From positions 1 through 55,678 of IMG/VR virus record IMGVR_UViG_3300020451_000899: a stretch of 55,678 bases of DNA; one strand, given 5' to 3'. Positions 29,701-38,917 of this stretch are shown here, one piece after another. The notes beneath the pieces were generated by a model. That model saw only the letters and a program-made list of their open reading frames with translations. It was not told the origin of the DNA and searched no databases. The position numbers and the translations under genes were made by a program. Source of the DNA: a virus. Taxonomy: Duplodnaviria; Caudoviricetes. The first letter of the stretch is position 1; each line of letters opens with the position of its first letter.

Positions 29701-30792
29701 ATACCTATTTTCAAATCTTATCCTCCGGCTACATATTTAGGTATGCCGGGATTTGAAGATTCTGAACTAAACACACATACGAAAACAGTAATTCATAAAA
29801 GGTTAGATTTAAATAATTATGGCGAAGGTATGACTTTTTATAACCCTACAAAATTATTTTCTGCTCCTAGAGGTCTTAAACCAGATGTTGTTGTATTACC
29901 TCTAAGAAATGAACAAGCGTGTTATGGACCTTATCATAACGGACCAATTAAAACAAAAGACGACAACGATCAAGATGTTTGGTTAGAAGTCAAAAATCTT
30001 GGAGGCAAAGTAGAACTTGAAAATGATTCTGGTTTAGCTCCTTGGAATTATGGTTCTTATGGTTTGATGGATTTTGTAGGAAAATCTAGAGCTGAACTGT
30101 CAGCCACTTTATACCTAGCATCTGAAAAGGGATCTGTTACTTTCCCCGGTATGCCTTCTGGTAATTTCACTATAGGTGATGTTGTAGAAGCCGCTGGGCC
30201 ATGTATTGATAGTATCAATCTTGATATTGGAGTGGGCGGTGTAACCACTGGTTATAAATTCCAAACTTATAAAAAGAGTTATGGAAATTTAAAAAAACAA
30301 CAACAGAAAATGTTAGATCTCGTCACCAGAGAAGCTTTGAAAGGTTCAGAAGCTCAGTTTGAATTGGGAATGAAAGGGATAACCAAAAACAAGTTTAAAG
30401 GAAAAATGCCTAAGCCAGATGTTAAGCCCTATGAGTCTTTCTATGAATCCCCATCGTATCCTCACGACACGCAAGTGTCTGCCATGATACCAAGTGTAGA
30501 TTCTAACGATCCACGAAAGCCACCTAGCGAATTTACTCCTCAAGCTTCTAGTATGTCTTCTAAACAGGCTCAAGATTTTTTAGACTCGCAAGATGATCCG
30601 TCGCAAATAGAACGAGACCGTTATTTGTCAGCTCAGTCTTCTGCTTCTGATAACAACGTGGCTATATCTATGGAAGCTCATTCTGTGCTACCAAGCGTGG
30701 AGCCTCCAGACCAATATGCTATGGAAGACATTTTTACGCAGCCTACCGACGCATATGACATAGAATCTTTTGACATAACTTATTGGAGTTAA
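26758..30792 (+). CDS. Putative tail-tip hub (baseplate hub/Tal-like) protein
   Basis: 1344 aa; N-terminal SFSISAG.....SSLNVNLVED and FGGIL.......GRTFSATITDPREIL hub-like strands; C-terminal GSVTF.G.P...IDSINLDIG..GVTT.Y motif. Confidence 0.5.
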   Translation: MPNSIIKTNWSAPGVPGTEQYQKDFIASGHFYPSQQSFLGASITSFSISAGDGSTASSLNVNLVEDGGFQGNKDDDDKPIDPYHPINAGDSFSPPGVGMPVFFVYSNPPMKIVDAFAGNEEYGTSTFTFGGILSSFHRTRSTGGRTFSATITDPREILTNTYLILNHTDNKVGLKEYNIFNVFGFLENNISENVKSTFDSYVDNKLSRSTNEDGLVNWKGDDMYHSSESSIGEGYFENGGYSRKFPITGTGMSRRSSSGIPFYRIMQALAAMSSELPGEPEEEEGEEGEEEGSEPSSTSEYTGFGNDIFYRGLYYEINFIDFPELSPFYHFDHDKIDLLSFLLEVSESTATEISVSLSPKLGTRVGGIINVKFIDRSKEVSVGSIGRFINRLTDVQKDDIGFENADPVTSRVIFGANRVDLYAFTSNQDPHFYGGPLDQDHQILPFYGTISDGVITPTKGNGAYRQIMLDSTGLGAYGVGNYYIATEAELRYASKSFEAWKSFLVFFNRKYIEKMTNKPKVRYEDLFAGNNPELTITDGDGESDRGLKVPRSLFVGDDLGQCCPRYGYPLYWGRATAIGLSLEDVVDNRYTVIADLNNLSGSSPDYIMAVRNAMLEKYERLSSVRRLTAAELDLIKTLRDKNFDKEYLGKAAAALQSQVQTGSKQESRKENSSKVYNFVRRIATEYYGKKWLVRIPGKPNFDFEEEVTKAGNQYMSGPFGFPPREASSTANKDAITGQDGEADFNFVKSSNSPAVTEEQSKFYPCLTSEYNPVDDQLQHNFLPDNNGGFFTRTAYDKAVSNALSPRDLSTFGASHRIQAYVRYDCMEKLSAGTNKIYTEQIGDHRKKYIPSKTLESNGIDATPSGGALLGFMPVDLDERYYFFPKMKTHTIGVSANTFTKVSKYIPAPIVPDASGKLNEEAGTVKRVVLVEPKKKTTGESIEIDDVPRVSGVMVGMPDRRRAFALITLPEKVTAKLEKISDIPIFKSYPPATYLGMPGFEDSELNTHTKTVIHKRLDLNNYGEGMTFYNPTKLFSAPRGLKPDVVVLPLRNEQACYGPYHNGPIKTKDDNDQDVWLEVKNLGGKVELENDSGLAPWNYGSYGLMDFVGKSRAELSATLYLASEKGSVTFPGMPSGNFTIGDVVEAAGPCIDSINLDIGVGGVTTGYKFQTYKKSYGNLKKQQQKMLDLVTREALKGSEAQFELGMKGITKNKFKGKMPKPDVKPYESFYESPSYPHDTQVSAMIPSVDSNDPRKPPSEFTPQASSMSSKQAQDFLDSQDDPSQIERDRYLSAQSSASDNNVAISMEAHSVLPSVEPPDQYAMEDIFTQPTDAYDIESFDITYWS

Positions 30793-30793
30793 T

Positions 30794-33700
30794 ATGGAAA
30801 ATCATTATTTTGTTACTAACGATCCAGCTTTAATGGCTTATGGTATGGGAAGTTTTTCTAAGAATACCGTTAAAACAGGATTAAAAAAAATCTATGATGA
30901 TGGGGATAAAATATCTGAAGAAGAATTTTATACAAATACAATTCAAGGCATGTCCTCACTTGCTGATGACGCTGAACAGTCTGAAGATGAAAGTAGTTTT
31001 GAATTGTTAGATGCATTAAACCTAGACGGTTCTTGGACTGCGACTACTTTTAATTCTAATAGTAAGACAGAAACTAAAAAAACATATTCTTGGCAGGAAG
31101 TTAAAGATTTGATAGATGATTTTGAAGAACAGATGGAAAAATTAATTCTACAACCCGAAGATAGAGATGATGAATCTAATAAAAGAAAAGAAGTAAAAAA
31201 GTTTTTAAGAGACAACATTGCTCCAATCAAGGCTGGACAAGAAAAGTGCCTAACAATATATCAAGCTCCTCTATGGGAAAAAGAGAGTGATGACGACACA
31301 GTTTATTATGTAGAACTTCATTTTACACTACCAAGTGAAAGAAATAACCAGCGAGTAGTTGGTCAAAAGGGCAGACCAGTTATAGCAGAAGTGGGAAGAA
31401 GAGCAACTGGCGCTACATATTCTTTATCAAAGACTAGGCTTCGTCGTGTCATTGATGGGGAATTTGGTGTATTTGTAGACGCAGATGCAAAAGATGGATC
31501 TGTTACTGGAGACTTAGCGTCTGGACCTATGCGTATTTCATATAATGAAGGGCTAGGAATGTGGGAGTCTGCTCAAACAATTTTAGCCAGACTGATCACT
31601 GATGTCTCTGCTCCAGAAAATGCCAACTTTCAGATGCCCCCAGAATCTGATGGTTATATTGAAGATGAGGAATTTGATGCTTCTAAGTTTTACGATACAG
31701 CAGATGAATTTTATGGTGGTGGATTTACAACTGGTGTTGCTGTTCCTGTTCAATCTCACGCTAAAAATCCACACATGTTTGGGCCAAATATTAGAATAGA
31801 CTCTGGTGGTAAGAAAGTAGAAAAGATACGAGTTGTTAACAGATCTGCAAAAACTTTTACTGCTGGTACATTAGTATTATGCACACTCATAGGTGCTGAA
31901 TGGATCATTCAAGAATTTAGTGATCCGGGCAATTTAGACACTAGCGCCTCCTTTGGGGCTTGGACTTTCTCAAAACTTATCGCTAATGGAGACTCATTCT
32001 TTAGAGAAAAGGATGGTGGATCTCTAGTGGATGTTGGAGATTACGAAGCGCGTGCTAGAAAAGCTTGGTATGATGGATGGAAAAGCGCTCAAGCTGGCGG
32101 CACTCCTTTATTAGCACACCACGATGGTAATACAATTTATAATAAGAATATTAGTATGCTGCAATCACTTATTAGTGCTGTGAGTAGCGCGGCTCAGGGG
32201 AATGTTCTTGCTTTATTCGGAGGGGCTGCATTTAATCTTAGTAATAATTATTTCTCAAGTACATCCTTTGACAGCGTTGACTATTATACGGGTGTCAATA
32301 ATATGGATTCGTTGGACGCCAAATATCCTCAGTGGGGAGTAGAGGGTAATTCTCCAGAAGTTAAAACATTTTGGGGGCCATTATTTCCAGATGGATACGT
32401 TGCAAAACCAGCTGGTGAATCTACTGCTGCTTACGGTATTAATTCTGATAAATATTTTTTCAGTACGGAAATACCTTCAGATTTAAAACAGCTTCCTGCG
32501 GACATTGCCGTGAATGGTCCATACCGTAATGGCACATATCAATCTCCTATACTTCCGATTGATTATTTTCAATCACAGATAGAAGCTAATGGTTTTTATG
32601 CTGCTACTAAAGCTTATTTAGGAACTACTGTTAATAACCCCACTTACAAAGACGGATTTGGATACGTCCCCAGTAATCCAAAAAGATTGCAATTTACTGC
32701 ATTGTCAGCAGAGGCTGTAATTGGTGGGAGTGATAGAAGTGATTTTACCACTGGAGCATTTGCTGGTAGCGACAGTAGAAAAAGCACTTTCCTACAAGCT
32801 GTATATGATTATGCAAACAAAGAAGAAGTTGCTAGTGGTCATACGTTTGGACATATGAAAGCTAGACATGGCGGCGAGTCACTTAAATACGATGATGATT
32901 TACAGTATATACCAAATACATCTACCCCGTCCGACTTTTCTCCTTTATGGGAAACTGGGGTTGGTGATGGTACTAACGGCTTACATGTGGTGGGTATAAC
33001 CTCGGCTATTAACAAGATAAAAAAGCCCGGAGGTGGTACAGTAAATATAGATGTAAATCAAATGTTTGGACTTCAAGTATGGAAGACCACAGTAGTATCA
33101 CAATCTGACAATACGTTTTTTCTGCCAATTGGTGGAGGTTTTGGTGGTGGGAGTGTATCAACAAATACAACCGGCTATTGTAAAAATCAGTGGGGGTCTA
33201 GGAATGATAAGTATAATGATTTTGGCACAACCGCCTTACATGCTAGAGTATATGATGGGTGGCCTAATGAAGACACGATTTGGGATACTAGATATTTTAG
33301 CGCATTACATTTCAATCCAACTAAAGAAGATGAAGATGGTGTGTGTGAAGTGGATTTTCCAGTGCCTACTCTACAAGATGGTGGCATCGCAAGTGTTGGT
33401 ACTAACCCTAATAATGTAGAATTTAAAGACAAATCGGATTGGGCGATGGATACCATTCGTCGTGGAATGTTATTGACAAACGGTGGATTTGCTTACGGCA
33501 AGCTTACACTTGGTTTGGATGTTGACAACGCGACCATAGCAAAAGCTGGCGAAGAGGCTGTAGATGGAACAATCGACAATGTACCCAAGGGGTATAGCTT
33601 GACCGTGACCACTAGTGGTGGAGCTGTTACTGGTATCAGCGCCAATACGCTACCAGCCAACGCAAGCTCTTGGGCAAATTTTTTGAATACTATTGGTCTT

Positions 33701-34111
33701 GGAGAACCATTAGAGGGAGAAGATTTTAGTGCCTCAAATTTCGAGTCTGAATATACTGACGATAGCGGTACGGTCCATAAAGGTTTTATAATAGATTACG
33801 CAGATGCCGTTATAGTAATTCCGGGTATTGTCAAAATGGTTAATAAGGTAGATCCAGCTCCCAGACAACATGGAGGTATCAGCAGATTGACTGATGCTAG
33901 CAATCCTATAGAAAATAGGGGGTGTAATAATAATAAGGTCACGGGTATTAAAACCAGTGAATTAACGCTAGAATACAATGATCAGGGCGAATATGACCTA
34001 TTTTTATTCTTTCATAATGACATTACCCATTCGTGGATTAATAATTCATATCCATCTGCGAATCCACCATTAATAAATGACCCACAATTCGTAAGTATCA
34101 CTATAAGCTAA
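30794..34111 (+). CDS. Large hypothetical virion/tail protein
   Basis: 1105 aa ORF in the structural block; no family recognised. Confidence 0.45.
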   Translation: MENHYFVTNDPALMAYGMGSFSKNTVKTGLKKIYDDGDKISEEEFYTNTIQGMSSLADDAEQSEDESSFELLDALNLDGSWTATTFNSNSKTETKKTYSWQEVKDLIDDFEEQMEKLILQPEDRDDESNKRKEVKKFLRDNIAPIKAGQEKCLTIYQAPLWEKESDDDTVYYVELHFTLPSERNNQRVVGQKGRPVIAEVGRRATGATYSLSKTRLRRVIDGEFGVFVDADAKDGSVTGDLASGPMRISYNEGLGMWESAQTILARLITDVSAPENANFQMPPESDGYIEDEEFDASKFYDTADEFYGGGFTTGVAVPVQSHAKNPHMFGPNIRIDSGGKKVEKIRVVNRSAKTFTAGTLVLCTLIGAEWIIQEFSDPGNLDTSASFGAWTFSKLIANGDSFFREKDGGSLVDVGDYEARARKAWYDGWKSAQAGGTPLLAHHDGNTIYNKNISMLQSLISAVSSAAQGNVLALFGGAAFNLSNNYFSSTSFDSVDYYTGVNNMDSLDAKYPQWGVEGNSPEVKTFWGPLFPDGYVAKPAGESTAAYGINSDKYFFSTEIPSDLKQLPADIAVNGPYRNGTYQSPILPIDYFQSQIEANGFYAATKAYLGTTVNNPTYKDGFGYVPSNPKRLQFTALSAEAVIGGSDRSDFTTGAFAGSDSRKSTFLQAVYDYANKEEVASGHTFGHMKARHGGESLKYDDDLQYIPNTSTPSDFSPLWETGVGDGTNGLHVVGITSAINKIKKPGGGTVNIDVNQMFGLQVWKTTVVSQSDNTFFLPIGGGFGGGSVSTNTTGYCKNQWGSRNDKYNDFGTTALHARVYDGWPNEDTIWDTRYFSALHFNPTKEDEDGVCEVDFPVPTLQDGGIASVGTNPNNVEFKDKSDWAMDTIRRGMLLTNGGFAYGKLTLGLDVDNATIAKAGEEAVDGTIDNVPKGYSLTVTTSGGAVTGISANTLPANASSWANFLNTIGLGEPLEGEDFSASNFESEYTDDSGTVHKGFIIDYADAVIVIPGIVKMVNKVDPAPRQHGGISRLTDASNPIENRGCNNNKVTGIKTSELTLEYNDQGEYDLFLFFHNDITHSWINNSYPSANPPLINDPQFVSITIS

Positions 34112-34116
34112 AAATA

Positions 34117-34128
34117 GTGTATATACAC
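34117..34128. promoter_or_regulatory. Perfect 12-bp palindrome GTGTATATACAC upstream of the last structural gene
   Basis: Seen directly in a 49-bp intergenic gap that also has an AGGAGG RBS; function inferred. Confidence 0.3.
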
Positions 34129-34160
34129 ATATAAACCCACTTTCAGGAGGATTTTTAACT

Positions 34161-34913
34161 ATGGCAGCCGAAATAACATTTCACAAAAACATCATCAACA
34201 ATACCCACACTGCGGAAGCTACCGCTATTGATCATAAAGATACTGGTAATAATGCTCATGGTAAAGAGGGAATAGGCTTTTATGGCCTTTCTCATGGCCT
34301 GTCGGTCCCTGTTGGTAGTGTGCAAAACACAACTTGGGTTACAAATGAAGCAGGAACTTATGCCGGATCACAACTCAATAATACCGCTAAGACATCAGAC
34401 GGAACTGATAGTGTGGCTGGCAAGGTATCCGTTAATGGGGCGGGAGATCTTGATTTAGATCTACTACCTAATTATCTATGCCCACTCAATATTAGATTTA
34501 CAAATCCAGACTCAGTGAGAGTCCAAGAGTGTAAGCTAATGATCTTTGATAAATCTCAAACTTCTAATCCAGCTTCTGGCGTCACTACGTATGTCTATGA
34601 AGCAAGAAGGCCAAGTGATAGTCAATCCAATACTATTCCTAATTTAAATCATCGTGGCAGAAATGCAAACTCTTGGGTAGAATTTAGTCCTACTTTGGGA
34701 GCTGTGGAAATGACTATGACACCATCTCCGGGAGCTAGTGGTTTGAATGGAGATGGCAATGATACGAATACAGATGCTGGGTATACTAGTAACTCAGGTC
34801 AGTTGCATTCTGATGTCAGACATGATTGGTATGTCGCTCTTTCAGCAAAACCAGAGAGCATTGGCAGCAAGTCAGACTACGCTCTGTACTTTACGCTAGA
34901 ATATTTGTCTTAG
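34161..34913 (+). CDS. Hypothetical virion structural protein
   Basis: 250 aa beta-rich, strong AGGAGG RBS, last gene of the + block. Confidence 0.5.
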   Translation: MAAEITFHKNIINNTHTAEATAIDHKDTGNNAHGKEGIGFYGLSHGLSVPVGSVQNTTWVTNEAGTYAGSQLNNTAKTSDGTDSVAGKVSVNGAGDLDLDLLPNYLCPLNIRFTNPDSVRVQECKLMIFDKSQTSNPASGVTTYVYEARRPSDSQSNTIPNLNHRGRNANSWVEFSPTLGAVEMTMTPSPGASGLNGDGNDTNTDAGYTSNSGQLHSDVRHDWYVALSAKPESIGSKSDYALYFTLEYLS

Positions 34914-34916
34914 TAT

Positions 34917-34947
34917 AAAAGAAAAGGGGGGCATTTCTGCCCCCCTT
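34917..34947 (-). terminator. Rho-independent terminator for the minus-strand operon
   Basis: Stem AAGGGGGGC/GCCCCCCTT (34924-34947) with 6-nt loop; the flanking AAAAGAAAA reads as a U-tract on the minus strand; sits at the convergence point. Confidence 0.85.
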
Positions 34948-34998
34948 AGAGATGATAACCTGAATCTAGAATACACTAGATGATAAGCTGAATCTCTA
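34947..34998. repeat. Structured non-coding element, copy A
   Basis: TAGAGAT-GATAACCTGA-ATCTAG-aataca-CTAGAT-GATAAGCTGA-ATCTCTA; same architecture as the copies at 48503 and 48564. Confidence 0.85.
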
Positions 34999-35328
34999 TT
35001 CTGCTACACCCTTCTTGGAGTTCCACTTGGTCCATCCATTGTCTGGTAGCCAATTGTCGCCATCCTTACGTTTAGGGAAGAGTCCTCCACCCTTCTTCAT
35101 GGAACCAAACGCAAGTTTAGCTCCACAGTCCATACATCGTAGCTCAAAGTATTCGTTTTCATCTACAGTCCTGACTACGAATCTAAGATTTTCAGAGCCG
35201 CACTTTCCACACTTTGTTTCTTCAAACACCTCTTGAAATTTGGATATTTGAGTGAAGAGTTCTCTGTGAGTGTCCGCATCGAACTCTGCTCTGATTCTGT
35301 TGTTTGCCGTTGTATAAGTTAACTTCAT
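34996..35328 (-). CDS. Zinc-ribbon protein
   Basis: CGKCG...CMDCG Cys pairs; 110 aa. Confidence 0.6.
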   Translation of the reverse strand: MKLTYTTANNRIRAEFDADTHRELFTQISKFQEVFEETKCGKCGSENLRFVVRTVDENEYFELRCMDCGAKLAFGSMKKGGGLFPKRKDGDNWLPDNGWTKWNSKKGVAE

Positions 35329-36099
35329 TTAGTTTCTCCATTCTTCATTGTAACCAACAATCTCTTGCGGGATTGTACTTTTATCGCGTTGGTAATTGTT
35401 GAGAACATCAATGATCTCGCTAGCTACCTTCTTAGAAATCTTACGATTATTGTCTACATTAAAAATATCTTTAAACAACTTCGATCCATTTACTTTTAGT
35501 TGTTTGCATTTGATATCAATAAAGTTGTATTGAGCATCGCTCATCCTGCCGGTATCGTCATAGTCTCCAGCGCTACTATTGTTTTGCTTAGAAATATCAC
35601 GAACAATTTTAGCAGTATCTTTCTTAGTCAATTCTTCTGCTGCAACGCCCTTGATTTTCAGTACTTTTCTCAAAGCCCTAGCTTCCGCTCTGGTGCTAGC
35701 GATTGCTACGGCGAACGCACAAAACATATCATCAGTATTGCCTTCCCAAGAGTCAGCAACCTCAGAACATTTTAGCCCATTAGCAAATTCTAATGTGAAG
35801 ATGACTGTGGCTCTGCCATGATGATCATCTCTTTCTGTTGGCTTCACCCATGTTGGACCGCTAAAAGTCATTGGCCCAAGAACAAGTTCAGACACCCTCC
35901 TAAGCCCAGTGACTAAGGGATGCCCATTCATCATCTCGTCTTCTTCAAATAGGCTCATAGCATAATCATGCCATTCTGGAGACAGCATAGATGGTGCATC
36001 GTCTTTTATTACATTTTTTACTGACGTATCAGTATTTGATGGTGTACTCAATTCTTCTACTCCTTCAAATAAGTTTTCTGGTTCCATTGTCATAGTCAT
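35329..36099 (-). CDS. Putative Rad52/Sak-like ssDNA annealing protein
   Basis: ATV..TLEF...EVAD.....AIASTRAEARALRKVLKI...AAEEL core and C-terminal SDAQ..FI...C....AS.IID.L helical module; start placed after the AGGAAAGG RBS. Confidence 0.55.
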   Translation of the reverse strand: MTMTMEPENLFEGVEELSTPSNTDTSVKNVIKDDAPSMLSPEWHDYAMSLFEEDEMMNGHPLVTGLRRVSELVLGPMTFSGPTWVKPTERDDHHGRATVIFTLEFANGLKCSEVADSWEGNTDDMFCAFAVAIASTRAEARALRKVLKIKGVAAEELTKKDTAKIVRDISKQNNSSAGDYDDTGRMSDAQYNFIDIKCKQLKVNGSKLFKDIFNVDNNRKISKKVASEIIDVLNNYQRDKSTIPQEIVGYNEEWRN

Positions 36100-36103
36100 A
36101 GAT

Positions 36104-36880
36104 CTACCTTTCCTGTAAGTCAATTTCAATATATCTCTTAGATTTAGCTGGGAATTTGTTACCCATTTCTTCGAGAAGTTTTATCAATCTGTTCTTTAGA
36201 TCCTCCTGCGTAGATAAAGGTACAGAGTCCAGCAGACTCTTTACTCTAATTATAGCATAACCCTTACTCAAAATCAACCCTGTTTTATTTGCGTCTGCTT
36301 TTATTTGTTTTTGCAGTTTCTCTTCACCCCATATTGGTAAAAAATGAGAAGGACCATCTACTTCTATTATAGTCTTAATCATGGGCAAGTACAAGTCGAT
36401 TTCTAAATTTTCATTTGGTATAAGATTCTTTTTATGTATTTCGACAGAATGACCTTCTTTAGTTAATTCTAATTTTAAAAATTTTTCTAACTTAGAACCT
36501 TCTTTCCCAGCCAGCTGTATAGCCTTCGTTGCGGCAGACTGCATATCTTTTTTTTGTTGGTCTGTTAATTTAGACCATCTGTCCTTGCATTTTTTTACGT
36601 GTAATTCATACTTTTTAGGATCTATATTTTCCCACGCTTTTTTTTGTGAAGCGCTGATCTTTAACTTTTCTTCTTTTGTCCTATGTTTACCCTTCGTTGG
36701 TATTGTAGCAACACCTTTTATCAATGCGTTTTTTTGAGCCGTGCTTTTATCTTTAATCTCTACATTATTTTTAATTAATATTCTACGTATCTTATTGGGA
36801 TATGTATTAAATATCTCAGCGATTTCATACGTACTCTTCATGTCCGTGGTGTACATGGTAATTATTTCTTTAATATTCAT
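36104..36880 (-). CDS. DUF559/Vsr-like endonuclease with N-terminal HTH and NUMOD3-like motif
   Basis: STYEIAEIFNTYPNKIRRIL (HTH); KGKHRTKEEKLKIS (NUMOD3-like); EIDLY....IIEVDGPSHF...D..K......GYAIIRV. Confidence 0.7.
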   Translation of the reverse strand: MNIKEIITMYTTDMKSTYEIAEIFNTYPNKIRRILIKNNVEIKDKSTAQKNALIKGVATIPTKGKHRTKEEKLKISASQKKAWENIDPKKYELHVKKCKDRWSKLTDQQKKDMQSAATKAIQLAGKEGSKLEKFLKLELTKEGHSVEIHKKNLIPNENLEIDLYLPMIKTIIEVDGPSHFLPIWGEEKLQKQIKADANKTGLILSKGYAIIRVKSLLDSVPLSTQEDLKNRLIKLLEEMGNKFPAKSKRYIEIDLQER

Positions 36881-37308
36881 GCTAAATCCTCCAGCATCTT
36901 ATTAATGTTTTCGTGTTTTTTGACTTTTATATTATTGCCCAAAGTTCTACAGACCTTGCTATTCACAGCGTCATCTATACAATGTACTTGATATTTTTCT
37001 CTATAATATAAGCATCTTATTGGATCATACTGGTTATCTAAGTCTGGGTAATATGCAAACTTTATATCAGAAGTAATGTTTAAAAATTTTGTTATTTCTA
37101 CCATAGATGTAAAAATTAATGTTCCACTAAACGCCCATAGTCCATAAGAGTCTATAACTGAAGTGTCACAATCAATTGATTCATCATACGTGTCCGTATA
37201 AAATATTACATGATCATTTATACGCAAGTCTCCGCAAGCTCTAGAGAACTCTTCTGCAAATTTTCTAGAAGCATCATCCTGAAGGTTTGTTAGTAGCGCT
37301 ATACTCAT
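36877..37308 (-). CDS. Hypothetical protein
   Basis: 143 aa with ATGA overlaps at both ends. Confidence 0.5.
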   Translation of the reverse strand: MSIALLTNLQDDASRKFAEEFSRACGDLRINDHVIFYTDTYDESIDCDTSVIDSYGLWAFSGTLIFTSMVEITKFLNITSDIKFAYYPDLDNQYDPIRCLYYREKYQVHCIDDAVNSKVCRTLGNNIKVKKHENINKMLEDLA

Positions 37309-38180
37309 TTTTGCTCCATGTTTTGGATTATATCATAAGTGTCTTTTAGTTGAGACAATATAGTCTTGACTCTATTTACTGGTGTATGTTTCTTGTTTAT
37401 TGTTTCTTTTATTGCATCTATGTTATAATCGCCTTTATTATTATAATCAAATTTTGTATCTTTGTCAAAAATATTTTGTAGGGTGCTTTGCAATTTTCTA
37501 GCTTTCTCTTCGTCGTCGTTGTCAAAGTATGTTAGCACACCAAGACTTAGAGATGTAAAAAATGCTTCCGGTATGTTGTCAGCATCAATGTTTCTAAATA
37601 TAATTTCTGAATAATTATTGCAGATTTTAGTAAAGAACATATTATTTCCTTTAATGTCTGCTATGTCATTTTCATTAAATAGATTAAATGTGTGGTAATC
37701 ACCATCGTATTCTTTTTTATCCGAATCTACGGAAACAATGATTAGTTTAGATATATCGAAATACTTTTGACTCGTAGGCAAGTATATGTCAGCACACGAC
37801 ATTATTTTAACAAAAGGGCATGGTAAATCAGCAGACTTAAATTTATCATCCGTACTAAAAGTTAATACTACTTGTAATTCTTTTTCATTTTTTAAAAATG
37901 TTCGTAGTGGACCCACATGTTCTTCTGGAACACCGTCAAGATTTAATATGTGTTTAATTTTATTATCAGTGTTTTTATTGTAATGCATAAGATGCTCATA
38001 GTTTGTTCTTAGAGCGCTAACTATTGAATAGTCTGGCTTATTATTATCGTATATTTCATATATCTTAGATGTGTCACCAAACACATAGCTATTACATCCA
38101 TCTGTTTTTGTTAAACTTTCGTGCAAATACAGGGGCTGAAACTTATCTGTTGAAGAATAATTAAATATTGTAAAGTTCAT
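37305..38180 (-). CDS. Hypothetical protein, possibly a diverged GT-B-fold protein
   Basis: 291 aa; KPDY..V motif and C-terminal I.KKHT..NRV..IL resemble GT-B C-termini; weak. Confidence 0.35.
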   Translation of the reverse strand: MNFTIFNYSSTDKFQPLYLHESLTKTDGCNSYVFGDTSKIYEIYDNNKPDYSIVSALRTNYEHLMHYNKNTDNKIKHILNLDGVPEEHVGPLRTFLKNEKELQVVLTFSTDDKFKSADLPCPFVKIMSCADIYLPTSQKYFDISKLIIVSVDSDKKEYDGDYHTFNLFNENDIADIKGNNMFFTKICNNYSEIIFRNIDADNIPEAFFTSLSLGVLTYFDNDDEEKARKLQSTLQNIFDKDTKFDYNNKGDYNIDAIKETINKKHTPVNRVKTILSQLKDTYDIIQNMEQK

Positions 38181-38917
38181 TTGGACACCCCCATGTTTTG
38201 TATTCTTAGCACTTTGCTACTACTTGTATTGTATGATATTTTTAAATTTTTCTGTATCATTGCGTTCATAAACTCGTAAAATACTTTGTTGTTAAATTCT
38301 CTAGACTCTAAGCTTTTTCTCATTTCATTTAAAGAATTCTCTTCTGACACGTATAGTATCTCACACCATTTCTTATCAATTGCTCCGTATGAAATATGTT
38401 CTACTAGTTTTGTTTTCTCATTAACATTTGCACCCACATCCATGATTTTATTAACATCATCGCTAGACATAATTGTTTCTAAAGATTCCATTTGCATATC
38501 TTGTAACAATTTAGTCTCAAATAACATACTGCCATTTATAATTAAAAGTTTATTATTATTTGTATTATTCATTGCTAGCCTTATAGACTCGCACGTATTA
38601 GAGTTCTGGTAGTCTGTGTTTTCGACGCATCTAACATTTAAATTTTTATATTTTTTATATATATATTGTTGTACTTTATAGGACTCATGACCAACGCTAA
38701 TTATTATCTCATAGTTATCCAGTGTTTTGTCTATCATAGAAAGATGTTTGTCTACAAGTCTTTCTGTTTTATTTATCATTATCATAGCTATATTGCCAAG
38801 AGCTTTCATTCTGGTGGCAAAACTATGATATACCAATATCACAGTAACCAAACCTTTTTCTTTTTGGCTTGGTTTTTTCTTTTTGCTTGCAGATGTTATG
38901 TATCTTGTTCTGGTCAT
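38177..38917 (-). CDS. Diverged sugar/choline-phosphate nucleotidyltransferase-like protein
   Basis: VILV....TRMKALG...MI, IISVGH, EN.DY..SNT.ESI.LA, LLIINGS: NTP-transferase (LicC-like) layout lacking the canonical LAAG.G and GD motifs. Confidence 0.55.
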   Translation of the reverse strand: MTRTRYITSASKKKKPSQKEKGLVTVILVYHSFATRMKALGNIAMIMINKTERLVDKHLSMIDKTLDNYEIIISVGHESYKVQQYIYKKYKNLNVRCVENTDYQNSNTCESIRLAMNNTNNNKLLIINGSMLFETKLLQDMQMESLETIMSSDDVNKIMDVGANVNEKTKLVEHISYGAIDKKWCEILYVSEENSLNEMRKSLESREFNNKVFYEFMNAMIQKNLKISYNTSSSKVLRIQNMGVSK

